58,831 nt of DNA from a bacterium (GTDB taxonomy: Bacteria > Patescibacteriota > Minisyncoccia > Phycocordibacterales > CAIZLB01): positions 1 through 58,831 of the forward strand of contig JAIXXV010000031.1 of the NCBI GenBank assembly GCA_027490575.1, in the 5' to 3' direction. The notes under the pieces were generated by a model. The model made no database searches, had not been told where the DNA came from, and was given only the letters and a program-made list of their open reading frames with translations. Each line of letters starts with the position of its first letter. Position 1 is the stretch's first letter. The position numbers were made by a program, and so were the translations under genes. Of this stretch, positions 18,189 through 26,712 are shown one piece after another.

Positions 18189-19088
18189 CTAGCAGAAAAC
18201 TTTTTTCTTTGACAATGTCACGTCTTTATAAGTTTTGTTACGGCATATCTTTTCAGTGCTTAGACTTTTTCTATTGTCTCCATTGTCTAATATGAAATCA
18301 GACACATGTTTGTGAATGCTTTCAAGTTGCTCTGAGAATATTTCGGGTAAATGATTTTCGGGTTTAGACATGTTTGTATTAAACTCAAACACTGTGACAG
18401 GCTCTGTGTCTAAATGACTTTTTATAAAAGCTAAATCCCCATCTTTATTTATTGATTTGTTTATAACGTATCCGTGCGGAACATTGAAAAAGGAAAGGTG
18501 CTCCATGATTTGTTTAGCTGATTTTATAGAATGAATAGTTGGTTCTACTGATACAATAGCGAAACTAAATCCTGTTGGTATACCTGTAGCCGCCGCATCA
18601 CTACTTGCAATCATGTCTACAACTACCGATTCATCCTCTTTCAGTTTAAGAAAAGGTAGATAGACTTTTAGCGGCGTACTCAATGAGTGACTACATCTAT
18701 TTCCATGTAGGATAACGTCATTGTGCGGGCCGCTAGACATTACTTTCAGTTTGTCGCTCATTTGCTCTGAATATTTTTTAGTGAACTTATCTTCAGGTGA
18801 CAAAGAAAACTCAGGGTGTACTGATTGTCTGAACAAGTCGCTATATACATGAGTTTCATAGCTCATGTTGTTTTCTCCAAAGTTCTCCAATATGAAAGCT
18901 GTGCCATCTGTACCAAAATAGGGGAATGAGTCATCATCAACTCCGAGGTTATATGTCAGATCCATATTGTGGTCTGAATCAATGGCTAAAACAGTCTTTC
19001 CTTTAGAAAGTAAATACTTGGTGTATAAATGACTTAGTGTGGATTTTCCACTTCCGCCTTTGCCTAGGAATCCTATAATCATGCTCAT
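18189..19088 (-). CDS. ParA/MinD/CooC-type (SIMIBI) P-loop ATPase
   Basis: Deviant Walker A GFLGKGGSGKSTLS, then AIDSDHN (Walker A') and DMIASSDAA (Walker B-like). The second ATG at 19082 is probably the real, leaderless start. Confidence 0.75.
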   Translation of the reverse strand: MSMIIGFLGKGGSGKSTLSHLYTKYLLSKGKTVLAIDSDHNMDLTYNLGVDDDSFPYFGTDGTAFILENFGENNMSYETHVYSDLFRQSVHPEFSLSPEDKFTKKYSEQMSDKLKVMSSGPHNDVILHGNRCSHSLSTPLKVYLPFLKLKEDESVVVDMIASSDAAATGIPTGFSFAIVSVEPTIHSIKSAKQIMEHLSFFNVPHGYVINKSINKDGDLAFIKSHLDTEPVTVFEFNTNMSKPENHLPEIFSEQLESIHKHVSDFILDNGDNRKSLSTEKICRNKTYKDVTLSKKKVFC

Positions 19089-19117
19089 ACTATATGCAAA
19101 TGAGTTGCATTTGTCAA
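19089..19117 (-). promoter_or_regulatory. Sigma70-type promoter of the ATPase gene with a 6-bp inverted repeat in the spacer
   Basis: TTGACA (19112-19117), 17 nt, TATAGT (19089-19094). The -10 box abuts ATG1 and lies 6 nt from ATG2. The spacer contains ATGCAA-n5-TTGCAT. Confidence 0.6.
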
Positions 19118-19140
19118 TAAATTTAAGATGGCTTATTTTT

Positions 19141-19186
19141 GAAAATAAAAATCCGCCCAGATACCTGTAAGGGTATAGTGGGCGGG
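19141..19186 (-). terminator. Intrinsic terminator of the 242-aa gene
   Basis: Stem ccgccca/tgggcgg followed by ATTTTTATTTT on the minus strand. Confidence 0.75.
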
Positions 19187-19212
19187 GAAGTCAGATCAAG
19201 GTCTGACAGGTC

Positions 19213-19941
19213 TTATCCATGTGGGTCTCCAAGAAGGTCAAGCGCAACGATGGTTACACCTTCCATGAGCAGATGCTCAAAAAGTGCATCGGTCCAGCCT
19301 TTGATTTCTTCATTGCTAGGCTCAGTTACGGTGTATCCACTTTTGCATGTGAACTTGATGCAACAGCTGCATGAGTGATCGTGAGTAATGATGACTCCCA
19401 TCCGTGACTCGACAGTTGATTGAACATAGTGCATGAAGCCAAACACTTTGCCGGCACAGTGAAGTGCAGTGTCGTTGTCTTTTGCACTACCAATCACGAA
19501 CGACTCGTCATGCAACAAGCTATGTTTCGTGAATGGATCAAGTCTCGATCCAATGTGTGCCATGGCATGCCAGACAAGTCCTGGAACCAACGGGAACTTG
19601 TGGCTCAGTTCACCGAGAGTAATCAGAAGGCTTTCCCTGATTTCCCTGTGACTTGTTGCGCCTTCCGAAGGCCGATAGTAATTCAAAGAAGTCTTGAACG
19701 GCTCGATAAGAGTTTTTCCGACAGTGTCGAGGAAACTGATATAGCGATCCTTTGCTCCGGGAAGTGAGAAGACTCCTTTGCGCTTGAGTGTGTTCATCAT
19801 GTTGAGTACTCGCTCTTGATAATGCACGATTTCTGGGAGAGGGCTTGTCACCCATGGGCTAGTTGTTGGATTGAAACCTGCAAGACGCAGGAGATTAGCT
19901 GGACGAAAGTCCAGTCCGTTAGATGGGGCGGTAGCTGTCAT
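19213..19941 (-). CDS. Hypothetical Cys/His-rich protein (GC-richer cassette), 242 aa
   Basis: Long ORF. Contains the THDHSCSCCIKFTC cluster and several other His/Cys residues. No family recognised. Confidence 0.5.
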   Translation of the reverse strand: MTATAPSNGLDFRPANLLRLAGFNPTTSPWVTSPLPEIVHYQERVLNMMNTLKRKGVFSLPGAKDRYISFLDTVGKTLIEPFKTSLNYYRPSEGATSHREIRESLLITLGELSHKFPLVPGLVWHAMAHIGSRLDPFTKHSLLHDESFVIGSAKDNDTALHCAGKVFGFMHYVQSTVESRMGVIITHDHSCSCCIKFTCKSGYTVTEPSNEEIKGWTDALFEHLLMEGVTIVALDLLGDPHG

Positions 19942-20132
19942 TGCTCGGATGATTTGAAGGTTCTATTTTCCTCGCTTCGGGCAGCAACTTTAGTGTTGCA
20001 ACTGATTTGCGATTAGGATATAGTATAAGAGATTGAAAATACTGTCAACGTAGTATGATAAGATAAAGATAATAAGTCAGTGGTTATGTGCAGAAGGTGC
20101 CCTAGATTAAATATTCAAATTTATTTACAAAT

Positions 20133-20618
20133 ATGCCAAAAAAAAGAAAAACAGATTTAAAGAGTAAGGGTATAACATGGAGTAAGGCTTTGTATTCCGA
20201 TATATTTTCTTCTTGCAATATAAAATCAACAAAACCTCGTCTAGCTGTACTAGAAGTATTTAGTGAAGCTGGTCAGCCATTATCAGCTGAAGACGTATTT
20301 AAAATAATTAAGAAAAAGACTGGTAAAAATCCAGACATTGTTACTATATATAGAGCAATAGAGATATTCGAAAAAGGAGGTTTTTTACTTAAGGTTGCAT
20401 ACAAAGATAAAGTAAATAGATATGAGTTTACTGCTGACCCAGAACACCACCACTGCCACCACGCCATCTGCGAAGGGTGCGGAGTGACTGAGCATATAGA
20501 AGATGAGGAGATTGAGAAGGCTCTAGAAGTTCTCGCCAAGAAGTTTAAGAAAGTGAAGTTTGTAAAAGAACATAATCTAGAGTTTTTTGGTAAATGCACT
20601 TCGTGCAAAAACAGTTAA
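20133..20618 (+). CDS. Fur-family metalloregulator (Fur/Zur/PerR type)
   Basis: Winged-helix block (RLAVLEVF...IYRAIEIFEKGG). Metal sites HHHCHHAICEGCG and CTSC. Basic N-terminal extension. Confidence 0.8.
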   Translation: MPKKRKTDLKSKGITWSKALYSDIFSSCNIKSTKPRLAVLEVFSEAGQPLSAEDVFKIIKKKTGKNPDIVTIYRAIEIFEKGGFLLKVAYKDKVNRYEFTADPEHHHCHHAICEGCGVTEHIEDEEIEKALEVLAKKFKKVKFVKEHNLEFFGKCTSCKNS

Positions 20619-20646
20619 CACTTATCAAGTAGCAGTTAACAGTTAA
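20612..20646 (+). repeat. Heptamer array cagttaa/cacttat/caagtag/cagttaa/cagttaa
   Basis: Five tandem 7-nt units. The Fur-family gene's TAA stop is in unit 1. Confidence 0.85.
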
Positions 20647-20681
20647 GGTCGCGGCAAGGAAGATCTGTAATCGAAAAATCA

Positions 20682-22004
20682 ATGATAAATAAAAAACTTT
20701 TCACACTGACAGTTTGCGCATCAATATTCTTACTTGCACTGCTAAGTGTGCCAAGTATGACTTTGGCAACATCAGTGCAGCAGACTGCACCTGAGGCATC
20801 TGCACAACAGCTCGAACAAGCTACCACAGAAGACATTGTGCCTAAAGTTGACCTTGTGCTCGACACTCATCAGTTGGTAAAAGCTAGGGTCATAGAGGTA
20901 CAGTCCAGAGAGAGTAAGCTTATACCAGGTACTAACATAGACGCGGTGCATCAGACTTTGGAGATTGAGATCTTGGAAGGAACGATGAAAGGGCAAAAAG
21001 TTGTTGTGGAAAATGATCGCTTTGAACTCAAAGAAGATGGTGTCTTCTATTTGCAGATCACTAGCTATCCTGATGGGCAGGTGACTTATGCGGTGGCTGA
21101 ACCGTATCGTATTGATAAGGTTTTGATGTTTGTGCTTTTGTTTATAGTGCTGGCAGTAGTCTTTGGAGGAAAACAGGGTGTACGGGGTCTCTTGGCACTC
21201 GGCGGTAGCTTCTTTGTTCTCTTCTATATCTTCTTGCCGGAGTTACTCTCTGGAGGTTCGCCTGTGTTTTTGAGCTTGGCGGTGTCGTCCCTGATCATTA
21301 TCATCGGTTCATATATCACTCATGGTTTAAACAAGACTACGACTTCAGCTGTCATAGGTATGATACTGACAATACTCTTTACTGGGTTTATGGCTATGTA
21401 TGCAGTATCGGTGACTAAGCTTACAGGTTTCTTTTCTGAGGATGTCGTATATCTGCATTTCAATACTGATGGAAAGATAGACATGGCAGGGTTGCTACTC
21501 GGTGGTATCCTAATCGGACTTCTAGGTGTGCTTTATGATGCAGCAATAGGGCAGGCTGTAGCTATAGAGGAACTATCAGTACATGCACCACATCTATCTA
21601 GACGAAAGCTTTTTGAGAGAGCGATGCGTATAGGTAGAGAACATATAGGTGCACTTATAGACTCATTGGCATTGGCATATGTAGGTGCGTCACTTCCACT
21701 TCTATTGCTTTTCTATTCAGCAAATACAACTTCTCTAATGAGTGTATTGAACAGAGAGGATTTCTCTACTGAGATCATACGTATTATCATCGGAAGTATT
21801 GGTTTGATATTGACTGTACCTATCACATCTTTTGTATCGGTAATGATGTTGAAGAAGAAGGGTTGTGAGGGTAAGGGTGGTAATGGTACGTCGGGTGCGA
21901 CTGCAAAACATGTGCACAGTGAAGACTGTGAGGAGGAAGGTGAGCTCGTAGGGCATAGTAGGTTGTGTGGGTGTATGAGGAGGGGGTTGAGTGAGGATTT
22001 ATAA
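20682..22004 (+). CDS. YibE/F-like polytopic membrane protein with a Cys/His-rich C-terminal tail
   Basis: Signal peptide, a soluble N-domain of about 130 aa, then about 7 TM. Tail reads KKKGCEGKGG...HVHSEDCEEE...HSRLCGCMRRG. The family call is from overall architecture only. Confidence 0.5.
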   Translation: MINKKLFTLTVCASIFLLALLSVPSMTLATSVQQTAPEASAQQLEQATTEDIVPKVDLVLDTHQLVKARVIEVQSRESKLIPGTNIDAVHQTLEIEILEGTMKGQKVVVENDRFELKEDGVFYLQITSYPDGQVTYAVAEPYRIDKVLMFVLLFIVLAVVFGGKQGVRGLLALGGSFFVLFYIFLPELLSGGSPVFLSLAVSSLIIIIGSYITHGLNKTTTSAVIGMILTILFTGFMAMYAVSVTKLTGFFSEDVVYLHFNTDGKIDMAGLLLGGILIGLLGVLYDAAIGQAVAIEELSVHAPHLSRRKLFERAMRIGREHIGALIDSLALAYVGASLPLLLLFYSANTTSLMSVLNREDFSTEIIRIIIGSIGLILTVPITSFVSVMMLKKKGCEGKGGNGTSGATAKHVHSEDCEEEGELVGHSRLCGCMRRGLSEDL

Positions 22005-22063
22005 TTCTCTTATGTATTAATGCTGAGTATCTTTCGGGCGACCAAGAATTACTTGCTTTTTAT

Positions 22064-22101
22064 AATATCGGATAGTATGATATATAAAGCTATCCGATAT
22101 T
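22064..22101 (+). promoter_or_regulatory. 12-bp perfect inverted repeat (putative operator) spanning the fic promoter
   Basis: aatatcggatag (22064-22075) and ctatccgatatt (22090-22101), separated by 14 nt containing TATGAT/TATATA. Ends 20 nt upstream of the fic ATG. Confidence 0.6.
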
Positions 22102-22120
22102 AGATAAAAGGGCGCTATAT

Positions 22121-23056
22121 ATGAAAAACACACTTATTTTCAAAAGAATACAAGAAAAATTATTTTTGCTCAAAAAAGCACGACCTCTTTCATCGCATGT
22201 TGTAAAAAAACTACGTGAGGAGTTTTCTATCGAAATGAACTATAACTCCAATGCAATAGAGGGCAACACGCTAACTTTACGTGAGACTATGTTGGTATTG
22301 CAACAGGGCATAACGGTCAAAGGTAAGTCTTTAAAAGATCATCTGGAAGTTAAAAATCAAGCTGAAGCAATCAATTATCTGTATGACACTATTGGCGCTA
22401 AGAAAGACATACCTGTGAGTGAAATCATGATAAGAAATCTACACAAGTTGATGGTGCAAGGTATCGACGGTGTAGAAGCAGGGTCATATAGATCACATGA
22501 TGTTCGTATTACGGGTTCAAAACATATACCACCACCTGCATTTGAAGTTGCCAGCAAGATGCATGATTTGATCAAGTGGTATAAGTGCAATGAAAAAAAG
22601 CTAGATGCTATAACTTTAGCAACAGAGTTCAAACATCAATTTGTCCATATACATCCATTTTCAGATGGAAACGGCAGAGTGAGTCGGCTTATCATGAACA
22701 TTATTCTTATGAAAGCTGGATATCCTATAGTGGTTATACTTAAAAATGATAGAGCAAAATACTATAAAGCCTTGCAGAAGGCAGACAAGGGGAACATGGA
22801 TGACTTGGTATTTGTTATCGCTCAAGCTACCGAGCGTTCACTTGATCTGTACACTAGGGTAATAGGTAAGTCTACAAAACAAAATACACTTGTAGCTCTC
22901 TCTAAAATAGCGCCACTGACTAAGTATGATTCTGAATACTTGGGCCTTCTGGTACGTCGTGGAAAGATTGCTGGTGTAAAAGAAGGTAGAAACTGGAAAA
23001 CTTCTAGAGATGATATACAGAGGTATGAGATGAGTTTGGTGAGGAATAGGAGGTAG
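22121..23056 (+). CDS. Fic-family protein (AMPylase type) with an N-terminal inhibitory motif and a C-terminal winged-helix-like region
   Basis: Canonical HPFSDGNGRVSRL (HxFx[DE]GNGRxxR). The inhibitory helix motif SNAIEG matches [ST]xxxE[GN]. Confidence 0.9.
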   Translation: MKNTLIFKRIQEKLFLLKKARPLSSHVVKKLREEFSIEMNYNSNAIEGNTLTLRETMLVLQQGITVKGKSLKDHLEVKNQAEAINYLYDTIGAKKDIPVSEIMIRNLHKLMVQGIDGVEAGSYRSHDVRITGSKHIPPPAFEVASKMHDLIKWYKCNEKKLDAITLATEFKHQFVHIHPFSDGNGRVSRLIMNIILMKAGYPIVVILKNDRAKYYKALQKADKGNMDDLVFVIAQATERSLDLYTRVIGKSTKQNTLVALSKIAPLTKYDSEYLGLLVRRGKIAGVKEGRNWKTSRDDIQRYEMSLVRNRR

Positions 23057-23098
23057 GGTGGTGTAAGCTTGAAAAAATGGCCATGGCGGGCTTTTTTT

Positions 23099-25195
23099 CT
23101 ATATTCCTTTTGTAGTTTTTATATAATCCAAATACACCTCTGCCTCTATAACTGCAAGATAGGAACTTTCTTGATACTTACTTATTTGATTATTTTGGTA
23201 ACTAAATTTATTGATATCAATTTCACATACACTCGCTATTTCTGAAATGGTACTTCTAGTTTTTATTGATAACTGGTTGATAATACTATTTGCGAGCTTT
23301 GGTACATGTTCTATATACATGTTGTATAAAAGTCTTTCTGGTGCAACGCAGTCAATATTTTCAGTTTTAGTATTTTTAATACCTATGACTTTTTTAAGGA
23401 GATATTCTGAAATATATGTTTTATTGCCATTATTAATATCATCTAGACAATCCTTTGCATCATCAGATATTTGGCGTATGGACAGGTAATACTTATAGTA
23501 TTCAATGATCAAGGGTTTTAACTTCTTCACTAGCATTGCTTTTTGATAACGAGAGTATTTACTGTTTGAAAATATTGCTAGTTTCGAAGACATGACTGCT
23601 CCAATTGCATGGACTATGGATTTTTGGCTAAGTTCATATATTAGACCGTTACAACTTCTGTACAACTTTTTATGATTATAAAATATTGATAATTCATCAC
23701 TGTCCTCGTCATCTGGTTTGTACTCAAACAATTCGTTGTGCATCGAGTGGTAGACTTTAGACAATCCTAGTAAACATTTTGACATCGTAATCTTTGCATC
23801 AGATACAGTTTTAGACAGACTGATAAGGTTGCTAAGTTTTTCATCACCATCTTCTACGTCATCTAAAAAGGTATAACTTGTCCAGCCATAAAGCATGGCT
23901 TTAGAAACCTCAGTAACCTCTACCGGCAGTATAGTTATGCACTTTGAAAACGACTTATACCACTCAATAGATTCTGATACTATCCAGTGTTCTAGGTTCT
24001 TATCAATCTTTGAATGTTGCTTTATGTCCAACACCAATAACTCTGCATTGAATTGTTTGATGATTTCTGCAGAGTAAAAGTTAGACACTTGCCCACGGGG
24101 CAAAACTATATTACTTAATGATATCAAATTGGATAGCGATACTGACAGGTAGTATGACAGAGGGATCAATCTCGTGGTACGTGTTCCATGTTTTGAATCT
24201 AAATATAAAGGTTCAATAGACTTATATTTCCTCAAGTATGTCAAAATAACTATTTTTAGCGATGGGAATATTATATCCCTGAATTTTATGCTAGATTGCC
24301 GGTATAGATTATCAAGGATATTTGATTTTGATGATGTCTTTATACAATCTAGTTTGGCTTCACATAAGAATATCTTTTTAATAAATGTTGCCACTGTTCC
24401 ATCAAGTTTATCAATCGCAAGTAATTTCATATCAAATGAACCAGTGCATTTAATGATTTTACACATTATGTATGTATCAGAAATATAATATTTAGATAGT
24501 GGCACTTCACCTCGACTCAAGTAATTTTCAATTTTAGTTTGGAAATACTTATCCAAGTGGTCTGGCACAGAATTTATCGATTTTAAAACACTGTATATGT
24601 TTGAATGTACGACGGCGTCATTGTCGGTCCATCTTTTGTCTTTTGTGAAGCTATTCATTATCCATGTTTTGTAATATCCACCATGGTCGTAGCATTGTTT
24701 TAATGCTCCTATATATTCTCTTGTTGCAGATACTAATTTGTTGTACTTAAAATCATCTTTATTTTTCTTCCTAAAATTATATTTGTCTCTGATTATTTTA
24801 TTGAGCCATAAGCAGTGTATACCTACCGATGTATCGTCAAGATCATTTGGGTAAATAGGCGTGACCAAACTATGCCTCTGGTAATTTAATTGATATTTAA
24901 GGTCAAACTGGCTGTTGATGAAATCGGTCGACTCTCTGGTGATCTTCAAAATTTCTTCGTGGCCCTGCTTACTTATATTTGAGTTGATAAGTGCCAATTG
25001 CAAAGTTTCTGTTGTCAGCAGAGTGTTGAATATCGAAGTATTATCAAATGACACTCTGGGATTTAAACTTTTTCTATCCCCCTTATTATCATTTTCTGAA
25101 ATGTGTATTGATTTGAAAAAGCCATCCTGATCTTGGAGGCGTCTGATAAGGTTGATGTGCAGTTTTATTAGAATTTGTAAAAGTAGATTCTTCAA
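23099..25195 (-). CDS. Two-domain isoprenoid-enzyme-like protein. The N-terminal region resembles a class II terpene cyclase or prenyltransferase alpha/alpha-toroid. The C-terminal region resembles a class I trans-isoprenyl or squalene/phytoene synthase.
   Basis: aa 118-123 DLDDTS (DxDD[TS]). RRLQDQDGFF and YDHGGYYKTW are QW-like repeats. aa 445-449 FLDDVED and aa 578-582 QISDDAKD lie 133 residues apart, followed by DCLDDINNGNKTY. The gene is very AT-rich. Confidence 0.45.
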   Translation of the reverse strand: MKNLLLQILIKLHINLIRRLQDQDGFFKSIHISENDNKGDRKSLNPRVSFDNTSIFNTLLTTETLQLALINSNISKQGHEEILKITRESTDFINSQFDLKYQLNYQRHSLVTPIYPNDLDDTSVGIHCLWLNKIIRDKYNFRKKNKDDFKYNKLVSATREYIGALKQCYDHGGYYKTWIMNSFTKDKRWTDNDAVVHSNIYSVLKSINSVPDHLDKYFQTKIENYLSRGEVPLSKYYISDTYIMCKIIKCTGSFDMKLLAIDKLDGTVATFIKKIFLCEAKLDCIKTSSKSNILDNLYRQSSIKFRDIIFPSLKIVILTYLRKYKSIEPLYLDSKHGTRTTRLIPLSYYLSVSLSNLISLSNIVLPRGQVSNFYSAEIIKQFNAELLVLDIKQHSKIDKNLEHWIVSESIEWYKSFSKCITILPVEVTEVSKAMLYGWTSYTFLDDVEDGDEKLSNLISLSKTVSDAKITMSKCLLGLSKVYHSMHNELFEYKPDDEDSDELSIFYNHKKLYRSCNGLIYELSQKSIVHAIGAVMSSKLAIFSNSKYSRYQKAMLVKKLKPLIIEYYKYYLSIRQISDDAKDCLDDINNGNKTYISEYLLKKVIGIKNTKTENIDCVAPERLLYNMYIEHVPKLANSIINQLSIKTRSTISEIASVCEIDINKFSYQNNQISKYQESSYLAVIEAEVYLDYIKTTKGI

Positions 25196-26633
25196 TGTCT
25201 TTGTTTGTTTTATCGATACCTTCTTTGAGATTGGTATTTAATGTGTTTTTAGGTATTAACAATTCAAATGTACTTCCTGAACCGACTTTGGAAATGATTC
25301 TTATTGTCCCGTTGAAGTACTTCTCTAGATTGTGTTTTGTAGCAGAAAGACCTATGCCACAACCATTCAGTTTTTTGGTTGTAAAAAATGGTTCAAATAT
25401 TTTTTCTTGCAGATCAGTGTCCATGCCTACACCAAAATCTTTTATGGTTATCTTTATCTTATTGCTATCATTGTTTATCCAAATGAAGACTTTTCTTTCT
25501 CGTGAATCGCTTATATCTGAATACGAATCTATAGCATTTGATACTAGGTTATTGATTATGTGAGAGAAGATTACGTAGTTACCTGTAAAGTTGTATTTTC
25601 TGTCCTGATTAAATACGAGGTCAACTCCAATTTTTCTTGCTTTTGATTTTAGTATACTTATTACATCTGATACCTCTTTTGTGAGTGAAAACATTTCAGA
25701 CTTATCATCTATCCGCATCTGCTTTTTAGCTTTTTCGATAAGTAAGTGTATTTTTTGAGTTGACCGGATCAGGTTGTTTAGATTATTATTTAGTGAACTG
25801 GTTGTATCGTCACCTGATTTTTCATACCTGTTAGATATCTCCATGGCCATAGTGCTCAAAGGGGATGATAGATCGTGAAATAATCCGCTAGATAATCTAC
25901 CAAACTCTACAAGCCGGTACATGTGATTTATCTTTTCTAGTTGAGCCTCTTGAAGCTCCATCGTCTTTTTCTTAACAGTTTCGTCGAGATTATCTCTTTC
26001 TGTTTTGAGATCTTTCTCAGATTTTCTAGCCCTATCTAGTGACTTATATATTTCTTTGTTTGAAAGCCAACAGATTGCGGATATAGACAAGAATATGAAC
26101 CCGTACTCTATGGTGTTTATGAGAGTGAAATCATAGTCTTTCCAACTTTTAGCTGAGGCAAAGGGGTTAATGCCTTGGAAGTGAATACTTAAGAATGAGA
26201 GCGTGGTAATGAGTATGCTAATGACTACAGCAGACACAGGATTTATGAGTATGCTTACAGTAACAACTATAAGTGTCCACATGAGTATGGCTGATGGAAA
26301 ATCAAATCCCCAGACTAGCTGAGTAGTTAAAACTATCAACGATATGCTAGCAACAAATACCTTTATACAAATCTTGCTATAACCTTTCTTGGATAGAAGC
26401 AAGAGTAGGGAATAAAAGATAAATATTGAAACCATTAAGACGAGCGGTATTCCATCATACCCCTCGTCTTTGATTGCAAATGTGAATACTAGTATTACTA
26501 AATGTATCCCAATAAGTGATATAAGTGTCAGTAATGAAATGTTAAATATATATTCCTTCCGGTATAAATCTTCATCTTCTGTGTGAACAGGTTTTGATAG
26601 ATACTTTATGAGTCTCTTGAATATATTAGACAT
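25089..26633 (-). CDS. Sensor histidine kinase with a multi-pass membrane sensor domain. Orphan: no response regulator in the window.
   Basis: About 6 TM helices in the first 190 aa, then a coiled coil. H-box FHDLSSPLSTM. N-box NLVSNAIDS. G1 DFGVGM. F-box FEPFFTTK. G2 GCGIGLS. Ends TGA TAA TAA. The 3' 107 nt overlap the next gene. Confidence 0.85.
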   Translation of the reverse strand: MSNIFKRLIKYLSKPVHTEDEDLYRKEYIFNISLLTLISLIGIHLVILVFTFAIKDEGYDGIPLVLMVSIFIFYSLLLLLSKKGYSKICIKVFVASISLIVLTTQLVWGFDFPSAILMWTLIVVTVSILINPVSAVVISILITTLSFLSIHFQGINPFASAKSWKDYDFTLINTIEYGFIFLSISAICWLSNKEIYKSLDRARKSEKDLKTERDNLDETVKKKTMELQEAQLEKINHMYRLVEFGRLSSGLFHDLSSPLSTMAMEISNRYEKSGDDTTSSLNNNLNNLIRSTQKIHLLIEKAKKQMRIDDKSEMFSLTKEVSDVISILKSKARKIGVDLVFNQDRKYNFTGNYVIFSHIINNLVSNAIDSYSDISDSRERKVFIWINNDSNKIKITIKDFGVGMDTDLQEKIFEPFFTTKKLNGCGIGLSATKHNLEKYFNGTIRIISKVGSGSTFELLIPKNTLNTNLKEGIDKTNKDIEESTFTNSNKTAHQPYQTPPRSGWLFQINTHFRK

Positions 26634-26712
26634 TGTTTTACAGCGCTATATTTATCCTTAGCGAATAGCCTTCAATATACTTGCATATCACTTTGCATGA
26701 TGTGGTAAATCA

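Noticed and set aside
23057-23098. Bidirectional terminator between the convergent fic and 698-aa genes (aaaaaatggccatggcgggcttttttt)
   Set aside because: Only a 3-4-bp stem can be formed despite the flanking A- and T-runs. This is too weak to call.
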